Shown here in pieces: positions 1-13,340 of a stretch of DNA of 53,339 bases (its first letter is position 1; every line of letters starts with the position of its first letter). This stretch comes from Octopus bimaculoides (Eukaryota). A program made the position numbers and the translations under genes. The notes beneath the pieces are model-generated. The model was not told where the DNA came from and searched no databases. It was given only the letters and a program-made list of their open reading frames with translations. Location: the NCBI RefSeq assembly GCF_001194135.2, contig NC_068982.1, forward strand, positions 153,440,843 to 153,494,181, in the 5' to 3' direction.

Positions 1-17
1 TATATATATATATATAT

Positions 18-250
18 TACTTATATTAAATATTTATAATAAAACTAATAAAGGTCAGGAGAACGGAGATTTGGACTCCAATTTTATTATACAGTTAATT
101 ACATCGTTCTTGGCCAAGACCTACGCGCGATTCCGCTGCAAACCGCTGCACAATATTAAGTGTGCATCTTGGTGTTAATTACCGGTGCAACTTTATCAGG
201 GTGTATTATTATTGTTGCTCAGATATCATCTGAAGAGGGTATGAGCTTGA
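18..250 (-). mobile_element. Putative Penelope-like terminal fragment carrying a degenerate hammerhead-like motif, abutting (TA)n
   Basis: Minus strand 201->120 reads cc-CTGATAA-A-GTTGCA-CCG...CGG-TT-TGCAGC-GGAATC-GCGC-GTA-gg. About 100 nt further on it runs into (TA)n at 1-18. Same architecture as the Penelope repeats at 6.2 and 10.1 kb. Confidence 0.35.
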
Positions 251-961
251 CCAAAATTATTCTCTTATGTAGTGTGAACATTACTGTAAATACTCGATGA
301 CTTTATCAAGCAGCGATGGAGAAATGGGGGGGGGGATAAATATCTATGTCAAACTGAGTGAATCTAGCTATATTCTTATTCTTAATGTTCTTGAACCATT
401 CCATTGCAGTAAAACTATTATTCCATTATTGAAGCTTTGCGGTCTTTCTATTTTTTTATTATTAAGGTATGTTAATATTTTTTTAGTTAGAAGCTCAATT
501 TCAGAGCTCGCTGGGGGTTAACAATTTACAAGTGGGTTTAGTATGAAAATTAAGTTTATGTTCTATTAAAGTAATAAAGGCTTCCTGTTTATCTAACCAC
601 TAAGAATTAGCTGCGTTATCACATCCTCAGTTAAAAGAAAAAGGATGATTTGACTTGTTTAGTTTCAAGCTTAGCTACGATGATCACAAGAAGAGAATAT
701 TCATGCATCTACACTTGTCTTGTGGAAATATATAACTTAATACATACTTACAACCGCGAAATGTAGTGGTATAGGTCAACAAGTTGGTCTTATTTGCATA
801 TCTTTACGCTAGCCCATTGAAATAATGAAATGCTTTCGTACTAAGCCGCTTTTTATATGAATTTTGATATGTATTAGACCTAAAGTGTGAAGTACTTGAT
901 TGATTTGGATCCAAGAAATCACCCAAATCTTTTTCCCAGGAACACGTACATACCTTCATGA

Positions 962-1185
<224 letters not shown>

Positions 1186-2437
1186 ATATGTATGTGGCAG
1201 TATGGCTATCTATAGTATATATTAAATTATAACATCAGTAAATCAGTTGTTATATTTTCTATAAATAGTCGATTGTTGTGTGTCTAAGCAATTAATTAAT
1301 TAACCATTACTGCACTAATCAACATGATTGTATAAGTTGAAACCTCAGTTAAGTTAAAGATAATATTGTTTTACAGCATCACCTAATTATTAGTTTCCAT
1401 TTACTGGCTTCTTAATACAATGATAATTAATTAAATAGATAGGAGGCCAAGTATGGAATATCGATGCAAATATATAAACTCAGGATATCATACATCATGA
1501 TATGCACAAACAGAGAAAGACACACAGAGATACACACGCACACACAGAGATTCCCTTTCGAAAACGAATGTAATGAAATTCCATAAAAGCATAGATGCTT
1601 TTACTAACAGAGCAAACCCCACAAATGACTCAGGCGTTAAAAGCATCGTTCATCAGCGATATAGCTTCTCGCAGTGTATATTTTCTTAAGTACCTTTTCA
1701 AGTGAAGAATTGGTAAGCAAAACTTTTCAGAAATATTTATTTCCAACGTTACACTCTCTCGCACGCACACAACTTAAAAATTAAAACAACGGCTAAGCAA
1801 AATACGACCGGCCAGATATTGTTGTGTGGCACCACAATGAAAAGATATACTCTCTCGTGGAAATCAATTGCCCTCAAGATAACAATGTGGCTATAAAAAT
1901 ACAACAGAAAGAGGACATCTAAAAACCATTGATGACAAGTTCACAGATCCAATACATACTTTCTATACCTATTATTATTAGAGCAACAGGTTATATACCA
2001 ATCCGCCGGGAGCAAAGTTTAGTTGAACTTGGAATCTTTGGGAGAGAATGCAATGCTTTAATTGATATGCTACAAATGATCGCGATATCTGTGATTTTAA
2101 AACCTTCAAGATCTTCTTAAGATTGAAATGATGATGCTTAAAACAAGATATTTTCCTTCAAAACCTTGCTAGTAAGTAGGTGGCCGGTCAAAATTTACTC
2201 TAAATTAAAAAGAGAGCGAAAAGAACACACATACATATTGATATTTGGATATTTGTATGAAAGCAAGTATCTGTGCATATGTGTGTATATATAAATGCAC
2301 ACACACACACAAACGAACACACACATGCATATATAGCTGGGTTTTCATATACATGCTTGCATAAGTAATTTTAAACTTAATACATAAGAGAATATATAAA
2401 TATCGCTCATACAAAAATACATACATATAAACATACA

Positions 2438-2468
<31 letters not shown>

Positions 2469-2759
2469 GATAAAGAATTAAATGCTATCTATAGCATTTG
2501 AAGAAGCGAGTTGCTATATTAATCAATCTAAGTATAAATACTCAAGGATTATAAAATTACCTCAGGTTAGTGATAATTGATGTTTAGGATTATCTTAAAG
2601 AAACTCTCAAACGCACTTCATTTCGAAACATAACTACGTACATTAGCGAGCATATGTTAGTTTGTGTTTACTCATGTGAGCGTATATATGTATCAAACAA
2701 TATGCGTGCAATTAAATGCAGATAAAAGTCGAACATATGTGTAAGTTTATTTCCATGTT

Positions 2760-2786
2760 TACACACATACATATACACACACACAC

Positions 2787-2825
<39 letters not shown>

Positions 2826-2970
2826 AATCTATATATATTTACATATATATATATACACAAATATACATATATATATACATACACACACACACACACACAG
2901 ATATATGTATCTATATTTATGTGTGCGTGTGTGTGTGTGTGTGCGTACATATATAAATCTAGACATACAA
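2760..2970. repeat. Degenerate TA/CA/TG microsatellite region
   Basis: Read directly. Confidence 0.9.
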
Positions 2971-4000
2971 ATACGTACACACCACGCTGTGTATAGATAT
3001 GTGTGTGTGCGCTTTTGTGTGCGTGATATTTTTACGTCGCTATGTACATGTGTGCATGTGTTCCTCTAAATGCTGTTACCCAATCAAAGAAATGATTTTG
3101 TTCGTTAATTTCCTGCTAAATTGCAGATATTTCGCTGGCGGGGTCAACAATTCATGGTTCCTTGTTTATCTTAATACAATATGCCATTGGCTAAATTTCC
3201 ACTAAGCGCATAGATTTTTCTACATGAATAAATGCCTTATACTAGTTAACCAAATGCTAATTTGGCTATTTTTCCTATCAACAATATTTTTGTTTCAGAG
3301 CATTAAATTCGGGGAAACTTTACGTTCAATGAAATATACATCCACAATTGCTTTTATGTTGTACCAAAACAAGAAAATCGAACATCTCTAAAATCACCAG
3401 ATGGTACGGTAAACTACTAGATTGCTAATCATAAATGGCTAATACATGCTGAAAACTTCTCCGTGACAATAAAATGAAACAATAAAATAAAAGTATAGAA
3501 TATCCATTAATCAGTCCAAAATTACTCCTATGTCTTAATTATCATGGAATGAAGACGTGATATAAATATATTTACGTAAAAGAAACGTTTAACTGTAGTC
3601 AGGAGAAGAAAGGAAATATGTAGACCTTGACTGGTTTATTCCTTCTGTCATATGAAGAAGAAAAATATCCTCAAAGAAAATCGGCAATGCAGAACAATCA
3701 TCTATAACTCAATATTGCATATATAAACGGATATCGGTTGATGAGAAATATAAAATCAAGAACATCCAACACAGCGAATCTATTTTTGAATTTTGAATTA
3801 TATGGATTATTTATTAGTAAAAATGCAAAAGTATGTTTGGTAGATGTATTTGTTCCTGTCTTTAGATATTCAAATTTATGTTACTCTTTAAAAAGGTACG
3901 CCGGAAAATTTAAGTAAGAATGTTACATTCAGTTTCATATATGTATCAATGCACATACACACACGTGCATACACACATACACTTATATATTGCATATTAT

Positions 4001-6036
4001 ACTACCAATGCATCCCGGCGTTGCCCGGGTGTTATGACCTACAGCTACATTTGTTCCTTTCTTATGGGCAGAATCAACACAGCTGATATATTGTGAACTT
4101 GATTGCTGGCGTAATGGAAGTTATTGTTTAAAAGTGAAGTGGGGAAGCGTACAATTTGCATGAAAGTGCTTTCTGTTCTTAAGAAGCATCACAAATTAGG
4201 TATTGTTTCACTGTATAAAAGGGGGTTAATACCATTTTACCCAGAAATCACGCTTTTAATTTCACACTGTCCCCATTGCAGTTTCTTAATTTTAACGTTC
4301 TTCGATGTTTTTTTCTTTTTATCCACGTAGACAAATACAGAGATTACGAATTTGGGAAATATATATTCTTTTTTTTTTTCAAGTTTAATTTGTCTTAAAG
4401 AAACACTCGGTGCCCCTTCCCTCACCTCGCCCAACTATCACCTACTCGCTTTCAAAAAGCTAAAACCTCTCAATTTTTCACTTCCGTCTGATGTTTCACG
4501 CATGCGTAGAATTGTACTGAAATAGCAGACGTAAAAAATAAAAACGAGACCAACACCAGAAAACCCGACATGCTAGAAACAACAAGTAAAAGACATTATT
4601 TTTGAAGAAACTTCCTCGTTTTCCAAAAAGCTAAAAGTGAAACTTTTGGAGATTGTAATTTTTTCAGTGTTGAGGTGATGGGTAGATGTATGTATGTGAA
4701 GGAGATTTTAGTGTTTCTTTGACAAAATAGGAGGAAGAAAATTCTTAAAGATTCGTGCCCTCTGGCTTTTTGTCCGTGGATTACCGAAAAAGGAATTTGG
4801 AAAAAAGTAAAATTGAAGAAATTGGGTTGGAGAGGGAGAAAATTAAAATATTCAGAAAGTATTTTTTTGAGCGAATCCTAAATACCTGTATCGAAAACAT
4901 AGGGATCGGAAGAAATCTAGGAAAGAAATAAGAGTGGGGGCACAAATGTCACCTTGGATATGCTAGAAACACCAGGTAAAGACAGGATTTCTGGGAAAAC
5001 CTCCTTTTAAGTTTATATCGAATACGTTTATCAAAAATACAAATTGCAGAATAGGAAACGGTAATTTCAATTGGATTTGAGGTGTAATTTTACGTGTGCA
5101 CACAGCAAGAAATAACATAATTCGTACAGAAGTTTTAACTACCGTGTGTGGGGGGTGCGCGCGTGCGTGCGTGTGGGCGTGTTGTTTGTGTTTGTGTGTT
5201 GGTGAGTGTGTGCGTGTGTGCGTGTGTGCGTGTGTGCGACAAAGGAAGGTATTTTATGGCATTCTTTCCTTTGAAGCAGCAAAGCTGTTAACTCGATCAT
5301 ATGGTGGATCATATGGGATCGTGTGATTGTTCGTCAGTTTCCGTAAATGGGTTTTTTTTCTTTATGCTTTGAAGAGAACAAAAATTGAATGAGCGGAGAA
5401 ACTGAAAAGGTGACATTTGCTTTGAAGTGAGACAAAAAGTGAATGAGAGGAGAAAGTGAAAGACGTATGTAGTTGTATATGACATGGAAATGCGTGTTTG
5501 TATGCGTGAGAGGGAGACAGTGCGTGAAGGTGTGTGTTGTCATGTATGTATTTTTTGCATATATGTTTAAGTGGCACTCACTTGCTCTGTCTCTCCCCTT
5601 CTCTCTCTCTCACACACACACATTATCTTTGATATATACACATACATGAATACATATGTATATATCCTTTTTGCATGTATGTGTGCATGTGCGTGTGCGT
5701 TTGAGAGAGGATGTGTGACTGTATTTACTCATAACGTATAGAGAAATGGATGTTTTTTTATGAATTTTTTTCTGGTTGTGACTTATTATAATACAATTTT
5801 TATATGTACATTTTCTTAAGTGTTTGTCTGAGTAGCATTCTATGCATGCTTGAAACATTAGAAGCAGATCGAAATATTGCTCGAAAATGACCTCAAAATT
5901 GATACCCCATACGTCAAAATCAGCAACTCAATTTTTGAGTGCATAAGAAACATAGGCACACACACACGCACACACGCACGCACACACGCTCACACACACA
6001 CACACACACAAATCTCTTTCATATAGATATATAGAT
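4001..6036 (+). mobile_element. Non-autonomous Helitron/Helentron-related (Lep1/DINE-1-like) element
   Basis: 5' end ACTACC...CCCGG-CGTTGC-CCGGG hairpin (4014-4029). 3' end has a (CA)n tract, then AATCTCTTTCATATAGATATATAGAT. No ORF. These termini resemble Lep1/DINE-type elements; internal continuity is assumed. Confidence 0.45.
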
Positions 6037-6056
6037 AGACTGACAGACAGAGAGAC

Positions 6057-6091
<35 letters not shown>

Positions 6092-6096
<5 letters not shown>

Positions 6097-6310
6097 TTTT
6101 CTACTTGCTTATTTATTCACAAACTTCCATACAAGAACTTGAACTCAAATCGTCTTAAGAGAATACAAAATAACAATAATTTCAATACCATGATTATCGA
6201 AAGCGAAACAGGTCGACAAACACAATACTTTTACACTTATAAAATATATTTAAAAAATAAAATAAAACTATGTAAACTGTGTGCACTTTTCTTCTTTTAT
6301 TTTATATATA
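6092..6310 (+). repeat. Left pseudo-LTR of the PLE
   Basis: Aligns by eye with 9957-10180 over ~215 bp (ttctact..attcacaaactt..caagaac..ggtcgacaaac..cacttataaaat..aaaactatgt..gtgcac), roughly three-quarters identical. Confidence 0.9.
6187..6217 (+). ncRNA. Minimal type I hammerhead-ribozyme-like motif (A3-U8 variant), copy 1
   Basis: acc-ATGATTA-tcGAAAgc-GAAAC-AG-GTC-gac; order stem I, core, stem II, GAAAC, NUH, stem I. Confidence 0.6.
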
Positions 6311-7679
6311 CATACTTTGCATTACAATTCACCACATAGGGATAATTGAAATTCTCCTCCCTTTTCTTAATAAAATTTACCACATGTGGAACGGAAAATG
6401 CCTCTGTAACCTGCCACAAACACACCGGATTAAATTACCAGCGAGGACAATATTAAAGGAATTAAAAGATAGATCAAATTACTTCACCCGAGAAGCAACT
6501 GAATATAAATAGAGAAGACAATCTACAGAGAAGTTTAGTCAAGATTTGAAGTAACTATGCACAACATTGCACTCAATTTTTGCAAACAAGTTTGAAAAAG
6601 AATTATCACCAAAATACCAAAACCATAATGAAAATATACCAATGTCAGCACATTTAACGAAAAGCCGCATTAGACATATTTGGTCCAAAAACCTGAACGC
6701 TAGAAATATATGAAAAATGTACGAACACAACACCATTAATTCTGCCACGCAAACTACACATCAAACCAATCTCAGAAGAGCCCGAACAACAAAGACAACT
6801 AGCGCTAGAGAAAATGAAAATATAAATTAAGTTACTTAAACTTAGAACATCGAATAAGAAGAAAAATATAAAACCATCGATGAAGAAATTCCCACCGAAC
6901 TCACTAAACATGTTGATGAATAACTTTTTGAAAGTGTTATCAAGCTATAGAAAGATAGCTGTGAGTCGGAAGAAATAAATTCCTTCCAATGGTGGAAAAA
7001 CTGTCAATTTCCTCCTTAGTTACGAAACTCAGTTTAAAAGACAATAGTTCAGATTGTCCTTCCTCAAAACAATCTAGAAAAAATACGTGTACAGAAATGG
7101 ATAAACATCCAAATAATTCAAACTATAATAATCTAAACAACAGAAACACATAAAACTAACTTCTCACTAGGAAGTAAACCGTTCTCAATCAAGGAATAGG
7201 AGCAACTCAGAAATAAGAAATACAAGAAGAAATCAACCTAGGGTTAGGAGTAGTTATTTCTTCGCAGCAATTAGAAACATCCAAGAGACTTCTATCCCTC
7301 ATCGAAGAAAATCGACCAGAGGAATTCCAACCTACGTATTTACTAACCACCAAAACCTCAAACATAATTAAAACAGCGAAGCATAATTAAACAGCAAATA
7401 TAATTAAAACAACAAAACCAACCACCACCATCTCAAACATAATTAAGAATCCTGACAATTTATACTAACGAAGAAACTCAAGTCACGTAATTCCAACCAT
7501 TTCCCCCAGACATTAAAACCAGCTTCCCAGCAATCTTAATATAATTAATAACACTAATAATTTCTACCAACCAAATTACAGTAAATATTTTTTAGGCCGA
7601 GTGGAGAGAAACAGTGAAACACGTTGGAACAAAACAGTTAGGAAAAATCCGAAATATAAAATTCATCAAGAACAAAACA

Positions 7680-9000
7680 CTCTCAACAACAAAAATAAGC
7701 ATATTATCTAAAGGATTGAAATTTACCCCCAACTCCACGAAGATCTAACCAGAATGGAATTAAAGACAATATCTTGGAACTCAGCAGAAAACTATCACTC
7801 ACAAAATCACTAACTGACTACAACAACGAGGATGAATCACTGGTTAAAAGCAGAAGCGATTATCTCCCACCTAAGAGTAGGAATAAAGACTAGATGACAT
7901 CTGCGACCATATCCAAAATTTCCCAAATGCTGTCCATAATCGAAAAATCAATTGAAACCTCAGCAATTTAGAATGGAAAAACCTAACTGAACTGCAAGAC
8001 GACAAAGAACTAACCATTAAAGAGGCAGACAAAGGAAGTACTGTAGTCCTGATCGACACAATACTACATAAACCTAGTATTATCCATGTTAAAAAACGAT
8101 ATCTTCTACGAAAAAGTTGTAAACTATAAACAACAAAAAACAATGAAATATCTTGCATCCTTACATCATCTACATGGAAAAGGCTTGACAGAAAAAGAAA
8201 TAGATTATATCAAGAACTTTAAATGTAAACCTAGTCTTTATTACAGGCTACCTAAAATACACAAGAGCAAGATAGTTAATGAAGTCTGCAAACAAACACT
8301 AAGCAGGTACATAAATATTTTAACTTTAAAGTTTTACACCCATAATAGCTGGCCCAGCCTGTGAAACCCACCACCTAAGCAATTTTCTAGACATCCTGCA
8401 GAAACCCATGCTGAAATACATCAAAAGTTTCATTAGAGACGATCTAGACACACTTGAGCACCTACCAAAAACAACTAGTAAACAGTGAAATTATTGGCTG
8501 CCTTCTATGTTATTAATCTTTACACCAATATCCCACATGATTACGGAATAAAAGCAAGAAAATTCGGACTGGTAAAGTGTCCCGAAGAATTTCCGGAACG
8601 CATAAGCCAAGTTTTTTATATTGAAACTTTAAAGTTTATACTTCAGAGGAATTATTTTCTTATTTGATGACACCTACTATCGTCAAAATGCGGAATTGCA
8701 ATGGGAACAAAAACTGCTCTTGTGAATCTAATAATGGGAAATATTGAATTCACCATATATGAAGTGTCAATGCAAAAATAGGGATATGCATTTCACCATT
8801 TTATGAGAGAGAACTGGAAAATATATCTGGATGACTATTTTATCATTTAGTATGAGACCATTGATAAACTTTGGGAATTTAAATCAATATTAAATAATAT
8901 AAATCCTAATGTTCAATTTACATTATGATAAAAGGTCAACAACAAAATTGACATTTATCATAAACCACTCGAAACACATCAAAAGAAATATCACCTTTAA
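7680..9000 (+). pseudogene. PLE reverse transcriptase, multiply frameshifted with stops
   Basis: PLE-specific motifs KGLKFTPTP, IKEADKG, YRLPKIHK, NLYTNIPHDYG, GIAMGTK, YLDD, spread over several frames. Confidence 0.93.
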
Positions 9001-9481
9001 TTTAGCGAAGAGGATTTGCACAATACTCTGATGGAAATACTCGGGACCTCCGTCTTCAAGACCTTTGGAGTAACACTAAATCTCAGAACACCACAAACTT
9101 TCGGAACAACACTAACTCTCGGAGCAACACTAACTCAGAGACAATATCCTAAATTATAGACAATGGAATTAAGCGTTCCAAGAAATTAGGCATTAAAATA
9201 CTAATGGAAACAAAAGATAACACCACACAACAACTCAAAATACTTCCGTATATACCAACTCACAACCCTAGAAACAATAGGGCATACAACAATATTGTAC
9301 AAAATCTACCTATGTTCACTAGGGATCTAAAAATTAACAACATTCTGAAAACACATAAATTCATCATATGCAAAAAGCCATAGAAAGAAAATGTGGACGT
9401 CCAAACTATGGAACATGCCCAAACCTACTGGAAGGCTGACAATTCCTATTTAAACAAGGAAACGGGTTCACAATTAAAATC

Positions 9482-9664
9482 AACTTCACTTGTGCTTCCG
9501 AGAATCTAATCTATATTATAAATTGTCCAGGTTGTAGACATAACTATATAGGACAGACAGGTATGGCACTAGTTTGGCGGAGAAGCAAACAACATAAGGA
9601 ACAGATCCGTTTCCCAAAGAACAGAGAGATTCTTTTTAGTGAACACAGAGAAATGTACAGGTGA
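9482..9664 (+). pseudogene. GIY-YIG endonuclease domain of the PLE
   Basis: Translates NFTCASENLIYIINCPGCRHNYIGQTGMALVWRRSKQHKEQIRFP..SEH, with the LIY..CxxC..YIG arrangement typical of PLE endonucleases. Confidence 0.93.
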
Positions 9665-9956
9665 TATCCAGTCAAACTTCAGTTTTCCACAAAGAAACAG
9701 TTTCTGCACAAAAACGTTTAAATAAAAAAAAATATTTATCGAAAAATACGGACCATGTCTAAATATGAAGGCATGATCAACTTTGGTCTCAATATATATT
9801 TTAATTCATGTTCACAGATCCATCTCACTGTATATATTTCATATCACTACTTTAGCTTCTGGGTTTTTGCATATTTCTTTATCCCCAATTCGTCAAAACA
9901 AAATGAACAATTACCTCTCCTGTCCCGAATAATAACGATCACTAATTACCTCCCCT

Positions 9957-10180
9957 TAGATATTTCTACTCGTTGATTCATTCACAAACTTCTATTCAAG
10001 AACCTGGTCTAAAATCTTTTTCAGAAAATGCGAAATTACAATAATTTCAACGTCATGATTAGCGAAAAGAAACCGGTCGACAAACGTAATACTCTTTCAC
10101 TTATAAAATGAATCCCAAAAATATGTTAAAACTATGTGAAATTTGTGCACATTCTCCCTCTTTTAGTTCACATGTATAGA
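9957..10180 (+). repeat. Right pseudo-LTR of the PLE
   Basis: Direct repeat of 6092-6310; runs into (TA)n and a gap. Confidence 0.9.
10052..10081 (+). ncRNA. Minimal type I hammerhead-ribozyme-like motif (A3-U8 variant), copy 2
   Basis: GTC-ATGATTA-GCGAAAA-GAAAC-CG-GTC-GAC; stem I GTC/GAC pairs, stem III ACCGGT is palindromic. Confidence 0.62.
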
Positions 10181-10185
10181 TATAT

Positions 10186-10344
10186 NNNNNNNNNNNNNNN
10201 NNNNNNNNNNNNNNNNNNNNNNNNNNNNNNNNNNNNNNNNNNNNNNNNNNNNNNNNNNNNNNNNNNNNNNNNNNNNNNNNNNNNNNNNNNNNNNNNNNNN
10301 NNNNNNNNNNNNNNNNNNNNNNNNNNNNNNNNNNNNNNNNNNNN
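10186..10344. other. Assembly gap (N run). Other gaps: 11616-12378, 22905-23552, 25350-25359, 28767-28957, 40884-40946, 42357-42366, 48662-48671, 49179-49960, 51536-51607
   Basis: Read directly. Confidence 0.99.
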
Positions 10345-10415
10345 TATATATAAATATGTATATATATATATATAAATATGTATATATATATATATAAATA
10401 TATATATATATGTGC

Positions 10416-10448
<33 letters not shown>

Positions 10449-10485
10449 TGTATGCACGTATGTATGCACATCTATCCATCAGGCA

Positions 10486-10747
10486 AAGTGAAATCTTAGT
10501 TGTGGCCGACACCAGTGTCGCGTAACTTGCAACAGTGCTGGTTGCACGTAGATTGCACCCACTACCCCGTTGGAGTAGTTGGCGTCGGGAAGGGGATCTA
10601 GCTGTAGAATCTATGCCAAATCACATTGGAACCTGTTGCAGCTGCTTAGCTTACCAATTTTCAGTCAAACCAGCCAGCCTATGCCATCATGAAAAACTGA
10701 TGTTAAATGAAGACGATGATGATGACAACAACGACGACGACGACGAC

Positions 10748-10780
<33 letters not shown>
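10486..10780 (+). mobile_element. RTE-related short retroposon with (GAC/GAT)n tail
   Basis: Contains GCACCCACTAC..GGAGTAGTTGGCGTCGGGAAGGGGATCTAGCTGTAGAA and the 3' motif CAGTCAAACCAGCCAGCCTATGCCATCATGAAAAACTGATGTTAAATGA before (GAT)n. These resemble RTE UTR-derived elements. Confidence 0.65.
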
Positions 10781-11355
10781 ATGTTCGTGTTTGTATGTGT
10801 GTTTGTATGCTTCTATGTGTAAATGTTTTGTCTTGTCAATTGTTTTGCGTGTATTGAAATATATTCAACTATATTTTCCGTATATCTATTTTTGTACTTA
10901 CCTATGTACTTAATGGAATCTACATTTTATGCCTTCCTATCTACTTTGTCAATTAAGAATTTAACTTAAGTACCAGTGTAATTATATGAAAAGGGAACAG
11001 TGCGAATGACAACCTTTAAGTAATCAACCTTCCGGAATGATTGCTTCTTACTTAAAGACGATTTCATAATAAATAGAGTTATATCACTTAAATCTTCAGT
11101 GATACCATCTAAATTCGTTATTGGGCGCACATCTCTTGGAAGCCTTCAATACACTTGAAATATTGATTAAAATCTACAGTCATCATATCTGAGAAACCTC
11201 TCCACGCATGTCCGAAGAAGATGCCTCGCACATACATTATCATAATAACACAATTCCCTCATCAGGTATGGCGAAATAATTATTCAGCTATGAAGTGATC
11301 ACATAAAACATTTCATAGTATTTTCTCTTGACTCTATTATATAATACAATAATTA

Positions 11356-11490
11356 AAGCGGCGAACTGACAAAATTGTAGGGGCGTCATAGAAACTTTCT
11401 TTTTGCGTCATTCCTTCCGACCGTTTACGTTCTGAGTATAATTTTCGCCGTGATCATCTTTACTTTCCATCCATCTCTGTTCGATAATGT
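11356..11490 (+). mobile_element. Highly decayed tRNA-SINE family B remnant
   Basis: GCGGCGAACTGACAAAATTGTAG...CCGTTTACGTTCTGAGTATAATTTTCGCCG...TTTACTTTCCATCC matches the 15542 copy. Confidence 0.45.
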
Positions 11491-12589
11491 AAAGTAAACT
11501 TCAAGGGTAATAGCTACTAACCTCAATAATGTTGGGCGTGGACCAACTTGACATCGTTACGTTATATCGTAATAAATATTATACTCCTGGCTTTGAATAT
11601 ATATATATATATATANNNNNNNNNNNNNNNNNNNNNNNNNNNNNNNNNNNNNNNNNNNNNNNNNNNNNNNNNNNNNNNNNNNNNNNNNNNNNNNNNNNNN
11701 NNNNNNNNNNNNNNNNNNNNNNNNNNNNNNNNNNNNNNNNNNNNNNNNNNNNNNNNNNNNNNNNNNNNNNNNNNNNNNNNNNNNNNNNNNNNNNNNNNNN
11801 NNNNNNNNNNNNNNNNNNNNNNNNNNNNNNNNNNNNNNNNNNNNNNNNNNNNNNNNNNNNNNNNNNNNNNNNNNNNNNNNNNNNNNNNNNNNNNNNNNNN
11901 NNNNNNNNNNNNNNNNNNNNNNNNNNNNNNNNNNNNNNNNNNNNNNNNNNNNNNNNNNNNNNNNNNNNNNNNNNNNNNNNNNNNNNNNNNNNNNNNNNNN
12001 NNNNNNNNNNNNNNNNNNNNNNNNNNNNNNNNNNNNNNNNNNNNNNNNNNNNNNNNNNNNNNNNNNNNNNNNNNNNNNNNNNNNNNNNNNNNNNNNNNNN
12101 NNNNNNNNNNNNNNNNNNNNNNNNNNNNNNNNNNNNNNNNNNNNNNNNNNNNNNNNNNNNNNNNNNNNNNNNNNNNNNNNNNNNNNNNNNNNNNNNNNNN
12201 NNNNNNNNNNNNNNNNNNNNNNNNNNNNNNNNNNNNNNNNNNNNNNNNNNNNNNNNNNNNNNNNNNNNNNNNNNNNNNNNNNNNNNNNNNNNNNNNNNNN
12301 NNNNNNNNNNNNNNNNNNNNNNNNNNNNNNNNNNNNNNNNNNNNNNNNNNNNNNNNNNNNNNNNNNNNNNNNNNNNNNTATATATATATATATATATTTA
12401 TTTATTGTTTTCTTTTTCAAGACTGATGATAGAAAGGAATATAGAAGATGAAATTCAAAAGAAGATTAACAAATCATGCTTAATTGTTGTCAAATCGACG
12501 ATTGAATCGGCACCATATATCTTATCCAGAGAGTGCGTACTGTTCTTTTACTTTGGCACTGCTTTAAATTATCATGTTGTCAACGTCTT

Positions 12590-13340
12590 AGACATTGTAA
12601 TTGCTATTAAGCAGTCCAGCTGCTCTTTCGTATTGTTATAACCTACTAATTTTCATTTGTATTTTGGATTTCAATTTATCTCCCAGCAATTTTGCTCTTC
12701 TGTAATCACAATTCTTCCGATGATGTTCCTTTTTTCTGCTCGTTGTATCTTGAAACCTAACTGTAATGAATTTACAACCTTTACTAACACTCATTCCTGT
12801 TGTATCACTAATTTTTTTCTTCTGTAATATCAGGGTCATGAGTCATATTTCCGCTTCATCTATTCCTCCAAAAATGTCACAGTAACTGCATAAAATGCTA
12901 TGAGGCTTAATATATACAGCGTAAATCGTTTAATGGACCATTTATAGATGTTTGGCATAATACCACCGGCTAGCCCTCCACTTCTCTTTATGCCCAATCT
13001 TGTACAATACCTTGGTTCTCCTCGTCTTTTTGTTTCAGGCTTCGCGAAGAAGGAACACATTTCTTCCGCCAGGACATTTTATTCCCCACTATTACACAAC
13101 ATATGTATACAGTCCTTCGCATACTACTGCTGTCAGACACAATGCCCTACACACTCACTCACCTCTCTCCTCTCTCTTTCTCTTTCTCTCTTTTTCTCCC
13201 TTTCTCTTCGTCACTCTCTAAATAATCCTCACACTCACATTTCACTACAAGTCTTCGAAGTCTTCCCCCTCCAGTAGTTGGGCTATTTTCTACTGAATCT
13301 GCTAACTCTTCTCACTTTTCGGTTGCCATTGTTCAACATA
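12590..13340 (-). mobile_element. Possible decayed 5' region / ORF1 of a LINE
   Basis: Purine-rich minus strand with stop-riddled protein-like text (LVIQQE*VLVKVVNSLQLGFKIQRAEKR). Family assignment is only a resemblance. Confidence 0.25.

Larger units (their letters stand above)
6092..10180 (+). mobile_element. Penelope-like retroelement (PLE), near full length, decayed
   Basis: Direct terminal repeats 6092-6310 and 9957-10180. Internal RT motifs (ILSKGLKFTP ~7700, TIKEADKGSTVV 8013-8048, YRLPKIHK, LYTNIPHD, GIAMGTK, YLDDYFII ~8825). C-terminal GIY-YIG endonuclease. Confidence 0.95.

Noticed and set aside
11529-12641. The longest ORFs in the track (280-392 aa), also at 22.5-23.9 and 49.0-50.0 kb
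   Set aside because: They span N gaps and consist mostly of X.
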